A DNA stretch of 64,000 nt from assembly GCA_027340875.1 (NCBI GenBank), contig DAIENX010000007.1, positions 10,750 through 74,749 on the forward strand. The letters are read 5' to 3'. Below are positions 49,695-60,438 of the stretch, piece after piece. This DNA comes from Elusimicrobiota bacterium. GTDB lineage: Bacteria > Elusimicrobiota > Elusimicrobia > Elusimicrobiales > UBA9959. Within the stretch, counting starts at the first letter, position 1. Every line of letters starts with the position of its first letter. The notes below the pieces were generated by a model, which was not told where the DNA came from, ran no database searches, and saw only the letters and a program-made list of their open reading frames with translations. The position numbers were made by a program, and so were the translations under genes.

Positions 49695-50765
49695 ATGGCT
49701 GACAAAGAGAAGAAACTGAGGTTCGGCGTCGTAGGCGCCGGCAAACTGGGCGGCTTCCATACACGCACCCTTTCGACCATGCCCGAAGTGGAGCTGGTCG
49801 GGGTCTCCGACCCCAACCTGCTGCGGGCCCAGGTGCTGGCCTGGCGCCACAACTGCGTGGCCTATAAGACCGTGGAGGAGCTGCTCAACCAGGTGGACGC
49901 GCTGGTGATAGCCGCCCCCACCGAATACCACGCCGAACTGGGCGTGAAGGCCCTGTCGGCAGGCGTGCACGTGCTGATGGAGAAACCGATAACGAATTCC
50001 GAGGAGGGCGCCCGCAAGCTGCTGGACCTCTCCGAGAAGAACAAGGTGGTCCTGCAGGTTGGGCACTCCGAGCGCTTCAACGCGGCCGTCGTGGAAACGA
50101 TGAAGCACGTCAAGAACCCGCGCTACGTCACGATAGAGCGCCTCGGGCCGTACGACCCGCGCGTGGCCGCCACCGGCGTCACGCTGGACCTGATGATCCA
50201 CGACCTTGACATCATCCTCACGATGATAGACTCCGAGATAGAGTCCTTCGAGGCCATCGGGGCCAGCATGCTGTCCAACCACGAGGACATCTCCAACGTG
50301 CGCCTGAAGTTCCGGAACGGCTGCGTGGCGGACATCACGGCCAGCCGCGCCACGATGGAAGCCTCCCGTCGCATGCGCATCTACCAGCAGGACGCCTACA
50401 TCTCGGTGGACTACGTCAGCTCCCGGCTCAAGATCTACACGAAGAAGAACCCCGTGATAAAATCGCTGCGCGACATAGAGATCACCTACCCTAAGTTCGC
50501 GCCGAAACAGCCGATCCGCGAGGAGCTGTACCATTTCATAGACTGCATCAAGACCTCCAAGACCCCGACGCCCAGCGGCGAGAAGGGCCTGAAGGCGCTG
50601 CGGCTGGCGCTCGACATCACCGACAAGATGCGCCGCTTCGAGGTCTCCGGCTCCAAGACCGAGCAGTCTCCCGAGTCCATCTCGGGAACGCTGGCCGACA
50701 TAGGCAAGGTCACCAAGGTCCTGGTGGAGGAAAGCCTCAAGAACGCCGGGATAGACAAGCACTAG
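49695..50765 (+). CDS. Gfo/Idh/MocA-family NAD(P)-dependent oxidoreductase
   Basis: Start taken at ATG 49695 (MADKEKKLRFGVVGAGKLGGFH, a Rossmann motif). EKPI motif (VLMEKPIT). It lies between the lipid A genes. Confidence 0.8.
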   Translation: MADKEKKLRFGVVGAGKLGGFHTRTLSTMPEVELVGVSDPNLLRAQVLAWRHNCVAYKTVEELLNQVDALVIAAPTEYHAELGVKALSAGVHVLMEKPITNSEEGARKLLDLSEKNKVVLQVGHSERFNAAVVETMKHVKNPRYVTIERLGPYDPRVAATGVTLDLMIHDLDIILTMIDSEIESFEAIGASMLSNHEDISNVRLKFRNGCVADITASRATMEASRRMRIYQQDAYISVDYVSSRLKIYTKKNPVIKSLRDIEITYPKFAPKQPIREELYHFIDCIKTSKTPTPSGEKGLKALRLALDITDKMRRFEVSGSKTEQSPESISGTLADIGKVTKVLVEESLKNAGIDKH

Positions 50766-50785
50766 CCGGAGCGCCCTACTCAACC

Positions 50786-51930
50786 ATGGCCAAGATAGCA
50801 CCCTCGAACAAGAACATTCTGGTGGTTGCAGGCGACCCCTCCGGCGACCTGCACGCCGCCAACCTGATACGCGCCCTGCAGGCCAAAGACCCGGAGATCA
50901 CCGTCACCGGCATAGGCGGAGTGCGGATGCAGGAGGTCTCAACCCACTTCATCTACAACCTGGTCTCGGTCGGCGCCGTGGGCTTCTCGGAACCGTTCAA
51001 GCACTTCTTCCTGTGGCTAAAGCTGATCAAGCTGGTCAGGCGCTACATGGAGGAGCGGCGCCCGGCCTGCGTGATAGCGGTGGACTTCTACGGCTTCAAC
51101 CACCAGGTGCTGGGCCTGGCCGCCCACCGCAAGATCCCCGCGTTCTACTACATAAGCCCGCAGGTCTGGGCCAGCCGCGCCGGCCGGGCCGCCAAGATCG
51201 CCAAGCTGACCAAGGAGATCTTCGTGATCTTCCCGTTCGAGGAGGAGCTCTACAGGAAGGCCGGCGGCAACCCTTCCTTCGTCGGCCACCCGCTGCTGGA
51301 CATCATGCCGGAGCCGGAGAAGCGCGAGGGCCTGCCCCCCGGAGGAGAGCTGCGCATCGGCATACTGCCTGGCTCGCGCAAGACCGAGATCTACCGCCAC
51401 CTGCCGCTGTTCGTCAAGGCGTTCTACCGCATAAAGGAGCAGCACCCGAAGGCCCGCGCCTACCTGTTCGCCGTGCCGGAATTCCCGGACGAGGCGATGG
51501 TGCCGGCGCTCGAGGAAGCCGAGAAGTACTGGTCCAAGGACGTCGAGATAGTCCGCGAGAAGGACTACCGCGAGCGCGCCAAGCTCGACTTCGCCTTCAC
51601 CTGCTCCGGCACGGCCACGCTCGAGAACGCGCTGCTCGGCGTGCCGATGGCCGTCGCCTACAAGATGCAGAAGCTCACCTACGAGGTGGCAAAGCTAGTC
51701 GTCAAGACGCCGTATATCTCGCTGGTCAACATCCTGCTGAAGCGCCCCGCCGTCAAGGAGCTGATACAGGACAAGGCCACGGTCGACAACCTGGCCCAGG
51801 AGGCCTTCGCCTACATCAACAACCCGCCGCGCATGCAGGCGGCCCGCAAGGAGCTGATAGCGATGCGCTCCCTGCTGGGCGAGCGCGGGGCCGCGCGCCG
51901 CGCGGCCGACAAGATCCTGGCGCACCTTTC

Positions 51931-51934
<4 letters not shown>
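50786..51934 (+). CDS. lpxB: Lipid-A-disaccharide synthase
   Basis: ILVVAGDPSGDLHAANLIRAL, YYISPQVWASR, GHPLLD, and SGTATLE. These are classical LpxB motifs. Confidence 0.9.
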
Positions 51935-53697
<1,763 letters not shown>

Positions 53698-53703
53698 TCC
53701 ATT

Positions 53704-54426
53704 ATGGTCATCCTCTTCAGCATCCTGGCGGTAGTTTTCACCATGGCGGGAGCGGCGGCCGTGCTGAAGCTGGGCGGTTTCAGCAGGACTTTCCTGGCGC
53801 GCGCGCTGGCCTACGCCGCGGGCGTGCTGATCTCGGTGGCGCTGCTCGACATCCTCCCGGCCGGCTTCGGCTTCGACGCGCAGGCGCTCTCCTACGGTGC
53901 GCTGGCCGGGCTGCTCGCCCTGTTCACGCTCGAGACCTTCGCCGCCCACAGCTCCTGCAGCGAGTTCATGGAGGACTGCCATGTCCACGACATAGGCGCC
54001 TTCGCGCTGGCGGCGATGGGCCTGCACTCCCTGCTGGACGGTTTCAATATCGCCGTGGGCTTCTCCTCCGGCTCGGCGGCCGGCTTCAACGTGGCGCTGG
54101 GCGTGATCCTGCACAAGTTCGCGGACGGCGTCACGCTGGTCTCGCTGCTGCTGCACGCCGGCCGTACGCCGCGCAAAGCCCTGGTCTTCAGCCTGTGGCT
54201 GGCCGCGGCCACCCCCTTCGGGGCGCTGGTCGCCGCGCCGCTGCTGCGGGCCCTGCCCGCGGGGGCCGAAGCTTTCGCGCTCGGCCTCTCCGGCGGCTCG
54301 TTCCTCTATATCGCGATGGCCGACATCCTGCCCGAGCTGCACCGTCACGACGACAAGTTCGCGCGCCTGATCTACCCGGCCGGCTACCTGACCGTATACC
54401 TCATCAAGAAACTGGGAGCGCATTGA
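53704..54426 (+). CDS. ZIP-family divalent metal transporter (ZupT-like)
   Basis: About 8 hydrophobic helices, HSLLDGFNIAVG and HKFADGV motifs, and a His/Cys-containing loop (HSSCSEFMEDCHVHD). Confidence 0.8.
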   Translation: MVILFSILAVVFTMAGAAAVLKLGGFSRTFLARALAYAAGVLISVALLDILPAGFGFDAQALSYGALAGLLALFTLETFAAHSSCSEFMEDCHVHDIGAFALAAMGLHSLLDGFNIAVGFSSGSAAGFNVALGVILHKFADGVTLVSLLLHAGRTPRKALVFSLWLAAATPFGALVAAPLLRALPAGAEAFALGLSGGSFLYIAMADILPELHRHDDKFARLIYPAGYLTVYLIKKLGAH

Positions 54427-54427
54427 C

Positions 54428-55870
54428 ATGGAACTGGACGAACTGCTGAAGAAATTCCGGGAATACTCCTCGCAGGACACCACCGTCCTGGAATACGCCT
54501 GGAACTACTCCTGCGAGGCGCACCAGGACCAGAAGCGCGCCTCCGGCGAGAAGTATTTCGTCCACTGCGCGGCCGTGGCCGAGATCCTCGTGGACTACAA
54601 GATGGACCTCGAGACCGTGGCGGCGGGACTGCTGCACGACGTGCTCGAGGACACGAAGATACCGCACGAGACCTTCAAGAAGGAGTTCGGCGACGAGATA
54701 TACGCGCTCGTGGCCGGCGTGACCAAGATCGAGACCCTCAAGTTCTCCTCCCGCGACGAGGCCCAGGCCGAGAACTGGCGCAAGATGATCCTGGCCACCG
54801 CGAAGGACATCCGCGTGATCGTGATAAAGCTGGCCGACCGCCTGCACAACATGCGCACGTTGAACTTCATGCCTAAGGAAAAGCGCCTCGAGATCAGTCA
54901 CGAAACCCTCTCCCTCTACGCCCCGCTCGCGCAGCGGCTGGGCATCTTCCATCTGAAATCGGAACTCGAGGACCTGTCGTTCAAGTACCTGCATCCCGAC
55001 GAGTACCAGAGCCTGCTGACCAAGGTGCAGCTGCGCTACGCCAAGCGCGAGAAGCTGCTGGACGATTTCCGCGCCGAGCTGGAGAAGCACCTAAATGGCG
55101 CCAACGTGCCCTTCCGGGTCCTCTCCCGCGCGAAGAACCTATATTCCATCTACCGCAAGATGCTGCGCCAGGCTAAGCCGTTCGAGGAGATCCAGGACGC
55201 GCTCGGCGTACGCGTGATCACCGACACGGTGCTCAACTGCTACGCGCTGCTCGGCACCGTCCACTCCGTCTTCAAACCGGTGGCCGGCTCGTTCACCGAC
55301 TATATCGCGGTCCCGAAGATGAACCTTTACCAGAGCCTGCACACCAGCGTGATCGCGGCCTCCGGCGAGGTCATCGAGATCCAGATCCGCACCGAGGACA
55401 TGCACCACACCTCGGAGTACGGCATCGCGGCGCACTGGCGCTACAAGATGGGCGACAAGGGAGCGGACCGCCACCTTGACGAGAAACTGAACTGGCTGCG
55501 GCAGTGGATGGAGTGGCTGCAGGACCTCTCCAGCCCGCGCGAGTTCATAGAAAGCTTCAAGACCGACCTCGAGCTGGACCAGATCTTCATCTTCACGCCG
55601 AAGGGCGACGTGAAGCCGCTGCCGGTGGACGCCACGCCGATAGATTTCGCCTACGCGATACACACCGATGTGGGCAACACCTGCATAGGCGCCAAGGTCA
55701 ACAACAAGATGGTCCGCCTGGACCACTCGCTCAAGAGCGGCGACATCTGCGAGATCATCACCCGCAAGAATTCCGCCCCGCGCAAGGACTGGCTCGGCGC
55801 CGTAAAGACGGCGGGCGCGCGCAGCCATATCCGCAAGTACCTGCGCGAGCACGGCCAGTCGGAAGAGTAA
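54428..55870 (+). CDS. RelA/SpoT-homologue (p)ppGpp hydrolase/synthetase with a TGS domain, lacking the C-terminal ACT/RRM region
   Basis: HD hydrolase motifs (HCAAVAEIL, LLHDVLEDT). Synthetase motifs (KNLYSIYRKM, LGVRVIT, YQSLHTSV, EIQIRT). TGS domain (IFIFTPKGDVKPLPVDATPIDFAYAIHTDVG). Size is only 480 aa. Confidence 0.85.
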   Translation: MELDELLKKFREYSSQDTTVLEYAWNYSCEAHQDQKRASGEKYFVHCAAVAEILVDYKMDLETVAAGLLHDVLEDTKIPHETFKKEFGDEIYALVAGVTKIETLKFSSRDEAQAENWRKMILATAKDIRVIVIKLADRLHNMRTLNFMPKEKRLEISHETLSLYAPLAQRLGIFHLKSELEDLSFKYLHPDEYQSLLTKVQLRYAKREKLLDDFRAELEKHLNGANVPFRVLSRAKNLYSIYRKMLRQAKPFEEIQDALGVRVITDTVLNCYALLGTVHSVFKPVAGSFTDYIAVPKMNLYQSLHTSVIAASGEVIEIQIRTEDMHHTSEYGIAAHWRYKMGDKGADRHLDEKLNWLRQWMEWLQDLSSPREFIESFKTDLELDQIFIFTPKGDVKPLPVDATPIDFAYAIHTDVGNTCIGAKVNNKMVRLDHSLKSGDICEIITRKNSAPRKDWLGAVKTAGARSHIRKYLREHGQSEE

Positions 55871-55872
55871 CG

Positions 55873-56250
55873 GTGAACTTCCCGGAGCTCTCCGACATCA
55901 CCCCGCAGAAGGCCGAAGCGCTCAAGGCGCGCATCGCGCGCCTCGCGATAGACCTGCGCCTGGTGGAGGAGCAGTTCGTGCGCGGCGGCGGCAAGGGCGG
56001 CCAGAAGATAAACAAGACGGCCAATGCGGTGCTGCTGCGCTACGCGCCGCTGGGGCTGGTCGTCCGCTGCCAGCGCGAGCGCAAGCGCTCGCTCAACCGC
56101 TTCCTGGCCCTCAGGGAGCTCGTGGACGAGATAGAGCTGCGCGTCTCCCCGGGAACCTCGGAGCGCCTCAAAGAGATAGCCCGGATAAGGAAAAGAAAAT
56201 CCCGCGCGCGGTCCAGGCGCGCGGGCGGAGGAGAAGGGGCCGGCATATAG
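55873..56250 (+). CDS. Class I release-factor-domain (GGQ) protein, ArfB/peptidyl-tRNA-hydrolase-like
   Basis: GGGKGGQKINKT (GGQ motif) and a basic C-terminal tail (RKRKSRARSRR). There is no in-frame ATG, so the start is taken at GTG 55873, 3 nt after the rel stop. The track ORF is 5'-extended over rel. Confidence 0.65.
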   Translation: MNFPELSDITPQKAEALKARIARLAIDLRLVEEQFVRGGGKGGQKINKTANAVLLRYAPLGLVVRCQRERKRSLNRFLALRELVDEIELRVSPGTSERLKEIARIRKRKSRARSRRAGGGEGAGI

Positions 56251-56259
56251 CCGGCCTCT

Positions 56260-58074
56260 TCATTTTGAGAATCTGCTGGCTTCCTTCTGGAACTTGACTA
56301 TCAGCGGCGCATAGGCGCGCGCCGCCTTCTTCCCCTCTTCCCCGTATTCGGAGTCGAAAGCCTTCACGCCGCCCTTGTAAGCCTCCAGCGGCATTTCAAG
56401 CGTGCCGCTCGACGTGATGATGGCAGCGGTGTCCCAGGACGCGCAGGACACGAAGGACCGCGGAGAAACGTCGAACAGGCTGCGTCCGCTGGAATAGTCG
56501 GACGGGGGGTTCTTTACGCCCAGCAACGGCATCAGCGTCGGCACTATATCCAGATGGCTCGTCATGGCCGAGGAGACCAGCGGTTTTCGGCCGGGCACGT
56601 ACAGCACCAGCGGCACGCGCACCTCTTCCGGACTGTAGCCCTGGTTGTGGCCGTAACGGCCGCGCTCCAGGAAGGCCTCGCCGTGGTCTCCCAGCACCAG
56701 GATGACCGTGTCCTTCATCCCTCCGGTATCCGCTATCGTCTTCAGTATCTCCCCTGCCAAGCGATCGTCGTAGTAGACCGAGTTCTTGTACATGTTGAAC
56801 AGCGGGCCGATATTGTCCCTGTTAAGGGCCAGGCGGTTCGCGTTAGCCGCGGGCCTGAACTTCTCTAATTCGGGCGGGTAGCCGTAAGCCCCGTGCGAGG
56901 CGTCGTAGAAGACGAAGGCGAAATACGGAGAACCCCGGCGGCGGGAGCGCAGGTAGGAGACGAACTCCTTAGTTATACGCCCGTCCCGGGCCACCACGTC
57001 GGCGCCGTCCGGATCGTCGTAGACGCCGCCTCTGGGGACCCTGGCGAAGGCGGTCTTATCGAACTCGGGAAAACTCAGCTTCGAACTGGCGTACAACCGG
57101 ATGTCGTAGCCCTGAGCCTGCAGCTCGTCCATGAGCACCGGCGGGCGGCGCTCACCCAGCATGTCGAACCAGTAGTTGCCGTAGATGCCGTAGAAGATGG
57201 AGAAGATGCCGAACCTGGTGCAGTTGCCGCCGCTGTAGTGATCCGTGAAAATGGCGCTCTTCTTCCCCAGCGCCCAGGTCTCCGGCATGATGTCCGGCTT
57301 CAGCATGTCCCGGCGCAGCGAGTCCACCACCAGGACCACGAAGTTCAGCGGCCTGGCCGGCCGCTCCGCCCGCAGCGGGACCAGCGGGTAGGCCAACCCT
57401 GAGTAACGCTTGTCTATGCCGCCCCTGACCTCCGAGTCCAGTCTGACGCCCAGGTACTTATTGGCGAAACTCCGTATCCTCAGCGGCTGGTAGAGCGGGT
57501 AAAGCTGGGCGTTGCGGGTGATGTAGACCGAGTCGTACAGCGTGCCCCACGCGAAGAGACCTTTATCCGCCAGCACGAACAGCAACAAAACGGCGGCGGC
57601 CGTCCTGGCCGCGCGGCGGCTGAAGCCCGCCCGCACCCTTTCCGATAGCTTCCAGAGCGGCCGCTGCGCCGCCAGCATCGCGGCCGCCAGGAGAACGTAG
57701 AAGAGCTTCATGCCCCAGCCCTGTTCCAGCGAGTCGAGGCCTCCGGGGGTCAGGACCAGGTTGACCACCATCGAGTTCAGGTGGAACTTGAATATCTTGT
57801 ATACGCCGGCGTCGGTGACCAGCAGCAGCTGGAAGAGGCCCAGCAGCGCGCCGGGCAGCGCCGGCCCGCGGCCGAGACGATACAGCAGCAGGGCCGGGAC
57901 GGAGACGGCCGCGCAGAGCATCAGCGTATTGGAGACCAGCGCCACCGCCGCGAAGGCCAGCTCGAGCGGGTGCCGGCCCGCGAAGAGGAGGAAAAAGGAG
58001 GAGACGGCCAGGGACAGGCAGAAATTCAGGGCCAGGAAAGCCGTAAATCTGTTCAGGTCGCAGCTCTTTGTCAT
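56260..58074 (-). CDS. Membrane-anchored sulfatase-family protein (YejM/PbgA- or LTA-synthase-like)
   Basis: Start taken at ATG 58074. There are about 5 N-terminal helices, then a sulfatase fold (NFVVLVVDSLR, GGNCTRFG, VILVLGDHGEAF, YGHNQGY). Confidence 0.8.
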   Translation of the reverse strand: MTKSCDLNRFTAFLALNFCLSLAVSSFFLLFAGRHPLELAFAAVALVSNTLMLCAAVSVPALLLYRLGRGPALPGALLGLFQLLLVTDAGVYKIFKFHLNSMVVNLVLTPGGLDSLEQGWGMKLFYVLLAAAMLAAQRPLWKLSERVRAGFSRRAARTAAAVLLLFVLADKGLFAWGTLYDSVYITRNAQLYPLYQPLRIRSFANKYLGVRLDSEVRGGIDKRYSGLAYPLVPLRAERPARPLNFVVLVVDSLRRDMLKPDIMPETWALGKKSAIFTDHYSGGNCTRFGIFSIFYGIYGNYWFDMLGERRPPVLMDELQAQGYDIRLYASSKLSFPEFDKTAFARVPRGGVYDDPDGADVVARDGRITKEFVSYLRSRRRGSPYFAFVFYDASHGAYGYPPELEKFRPAANANRLALNRDNIGPLFNMYKNSVYYDDRLAGEILKTIADTGGMKDTVILVLGDHGEAFLERGRYGHNQGYSPEEVRVPLVLYVPGRKPLVSSAMTSHLDIVPTLMPLLGVKNPPSDYSSGRSLFDVSPRSFVSCASWDTAAIITSSGTLEMPLEAYKGGVKAFDSEYGEEGKKAARAYAPLIVKFQKEASRFSK

Positions 58075-58098
58075 CTTTTGGAAGTTGACCAAAATCAG

Positions 58099-58127
58099 TT
58101 GACAACGGTCAACACATCTGCTAGATT
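58099..58127 (+). promoter_or_regulatory. Putative promoter for the 58155 gene, with an overlapping palindrome
   Basis: TTGACA (58099-58104), a 17-nt spacer, then TAGATT (58122-58127). The -35 is part of the inverted repeat TTGAC-AACG-GTCAA (58099-58112). Confidence 0.35.
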
Positions 58128-58154
58128 TTAGCCGAAACAGCGTAGCTATATTAT

Positions 58155-59261
58155 ATGAAAATGGCAAAACCCGCGCTTTTCATCCTTGCCCTGCCTTTCC
58201 TGCTCTGCGGCCGCGCGGCCGCCATCGACCTGAACGCCACGCACGCGGCCGACTTAGCGGCGCTGGCCTCGGACATGGACATGCCGGCCCCGCAGCCTCC
58301 GCTGGCCGGGGTACTGACCCAGGTGAACGGCATGGACCCGATAGTAATAACGCTGCCCGGACTGAAGTTCTCGGAGATAGGCTGGGGGTCGGCCGACCTG
58401 GGGAATTTTCTCAAGCTCATCCGCAGGATCTTCCCCCACAGGGACCTGACCGAAGCGGACGAGGCCGGGACCGGCTTCGACGCGCGCTACTTTTTCCCCG
58501 AAGAGGACGAGGCCGGCCTGGAGGCCGAGCGGGAAGTGGTGCGCCTGCCGGATAACTACCTCGAGCTCAAGCTGCAGGAGCTGCCCGGCTACGCGGACCA
58601 CGACGTCATAGTAATACCCTTCACCTGGTCCAGGGACCCCGGGGACACCCGGAAGACGGTGCGCAGGCTGCAGGCGAAGATCATAGAGGTCTACGACAAA
58701 TACAAGGACTCAGGCAGGCCGATCTACATCCTGGCCCACAGCTGGGGCTCGGTGCTGGCCCACACGGCGCTGCACCGGGTAGGGAAAAGGCGCGGCGACG
58801 TCCGCATAGACAAGCTGATCACCGTCGGCTCCCCGCTGGTGCCCTCCAACCCGGTGGTCAAGATGTTCCTGCGCTTCGAGGCCCTGAAAAGCGGCCTGGT
58901 CCGGAAGGTCAGGAAGCCGGCGGTAGTCGGCGTCTGGCGGAATATCTGGGCCATGCGCGACTCGTTCTCCAACGCCATCCCGGCGGCCGACTCCAACTAT
59001 CAGGTAGACGCGGAAGTGGGCAACGTGGAACACAACCTGATCGACTTCATCCTTCACAACAAGCCGCTGCGGGCCGCCGCCAGGCGGGACCTTTTCACCA
59101 TACGCAACGTGAAGACCTGGCATGGCTCCTATTTCTACGACTACAAGGCCGCGCTGAAGACGCTGAACCGCGAGATCTTCGTGCCGGTATTCCGCCCGGT
59201 CCTGGCCCCGCAGGTGGTGGACTGCGGCAAGGACCCCGCCTCTTTCATGTGCCCCATCTAG
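58155..59261 (+). CDS. Exported alpha/beta-hydrolase (lipase/esterase-like) protein
   Basis: Signal peptide MKMAKPALFILALPFLLCGRAAA. Nucleophile elbow LAHSWGS (G-x-S-x-G-like). Size is 368 aa. Confidence 0.6.
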   Translation: MKMAKPALFILALPFLLCGRAAAIDLNATHAADLAALASDMDMPAPQPPLAGVLTQVNGMDPIVITLPGLKFSEIGWGSADLGNFLKLIRRIFPHRDLTEADEAGTGFDARYFFPEEDEAGLEAEREVVRLPDNYLELKLQELPGYADHDVIVIPFTWSRDPGDTRKTVRRLQAKIIEVYDKYKDSGRPIYILAHSWGSVLAHTALHRVGKRRGDVRIDKLITVGSPLVPSNPVVKMFLRFEALKSGLVRKVRKPAVVGVWRNIWAMRDSFSNAIPAADSNYQVDAEVGNVEHNLIDFILHNKPLRAAARRDLFTIRNVKTWHGSYFYDYKAALKTLNREIFVPVFRPVLAPQVVDCGKDPASFMCPI

Positions 59262-59279
59262 CCGCCCCTCGGCGATCCC

Positions 59280-59309
59280 AAGGCCCGCCTCCCGGCGGGC
59301 CTTGTTTTT
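59280..59309 (+). terminator. Intrinsic terminator
   Basis: 10-bp stem: AAGGCCCGCC (59280-59289), loop TCCC, GGCGGGCCTT (59294-59303), followed by GTTTTTAT. Confidence 0.7.
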
Positions 59310-59339
59310 ATGGGCCCCCATATTTGCGATAATCTTAGT

Positions 59340-60362
59340 ATGGACTTCCAGAAGCTCTCCGCGTTCCTGGAAAAGAGCGGCCTGCCGGCCTTCCGCATGA
59401 AACAGGTGCGCGCCGCCGTCTACCGCGGCATGGCCGCCTCCTGGGACGATGTTACCGTGCTCCCGGCCCCCCTCAGGGAACAGCTGTCCCGGGAGTTCCG
59501 CCTGCATTCCGTGGAGCAGCTGGAAGCGCAGGTATCGGCCAAGGGCGACGCGGTCAAGTTCCTGTACGGCCTGAAGGACGGCCGCAAGATAGAGACAGTG
59601 CTGCTGAACCTGCTGCCGGAAAAGTGGAGCCTCTGCGTCTCCACCCAGGTGGGCTGCCCTGTGCGCTGCCCGTTCTGCGCCACCGGCAAGAAGGGGCTGA
59701 AGAGGAACCTCTCTCCCGACGAGATAACCGACCAGTTCCTGGCGGCCGGCGCCTGGCTCAGGAAGGCCCGCGGCCAGAAGATAGGCAACGTGATCTTCAT
59801 GGGCATGGGCGAGCCGTTCTACAACTACGACGCCGTGGGCGAGGCCATAAAGACCATGACCGACCCCGACAGGATCGGCCTGGGCCAGCGCCACATCTCG
59901 GTCTCCACCGCCGGCCACGTGCCCGGCATCCGGCGCTTCGCGAAGGATTTCCCGCAGTGCAACCTGGCGATATCGCTGCACGCCTCAGAGGACGCGCTGC
60001 GCAACGAGCTGGTTCCGCTTAACAGGCAGTACCCGCTGTCCCAGCTGGCCAAGGCCCTGAACGACTACATCTTCAGCACCCGCCGCCGCGTGTTCGTGGA
60101 GTACGTGCTGATGGACGGCGTGAACAACAGCCGCTCCCAGGCCGGCAAGCTCAACTCCTGGCTGCGCTCGGTGGCCGCCCCCAAGTATTTCACGATAAAC
60201 CTGATCCCCTACAACCGCACCGGCTGCCCTTACAATACGCCGGCCAAGGACCGCGTTAAGGTTTTCGCGGGTCTTATGGAGACCTACGGCTTCGAGGTCA
60301 CCGTCCGCAAGAGCCTGGGCGACGACATAGCCGGCGCCTGCGGCCAACTGTCCGGAAAATAG
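59340..60362 (+). CDS. rlmN: 23S rRNA (adenine2503-C2)/tRNA methyltransferase RlmN (radical SAM)
   Basis: Start taken at ATG 59340 (MDFQKL). FRMKQV, STQVGCPVRCPFCATG, FMGMGEPF, SVSTAG, ISLHA, and a terminal GDDIAGACGQL. Confidence 0.9.
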   Translation: MDFQKLSAFLEKSGLPAFRMKQVRAAVYRGMAASWDDVTVLPAPLREQLSREFRLHSVEQLEAQVSAKGDAVKFLYGLKDGRKIETVLLNLLPEKWSLCVSTQVGCPVRCPFCATGKKGLKRNLSPDEITDQFLAAGAWLRKARGQKIGNVIFMGMGEPFYNYDAVGEAIKTMTDPDRIGLGQRHISVSTAGHVPGIRRFAKDFPQCNLAISLHASEDALRNELVPLNRQYPLSQLAKALNDYIFSTRRRVFVEYVLMDGVNNSRSQAGKLNSWLRSVAAPKYFTINLIPYNRTGCPYNTPAKDRVKVFAGLMETYGFEVTVRKSLGDDIAGACGQLSGK

Positions 60363-60386
60363 CGCCCGCCCGCCGCGTCTTGCACG

Positions 60387-60425
60387 AAAGAAAAGCCCCC
60401 GGCGTTGCCGGGGGCTTTTCTTTTT
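60387..60425. terminator. Bidirectional intrinsic terminator between convergent rlmN and the YeeE-rhodanese gene
   Basis: 14-bp GC-rich stem: GAAAAGCCCCCGGC (60390-60403), loop GTT, GCCGGGGGCTTTTC (60407-60420). It is extended by A/T pairs, with T tracts on both strands. Confidence 0.75.
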
Positions 60426-60438
60426 CGGACGGCGCGCT

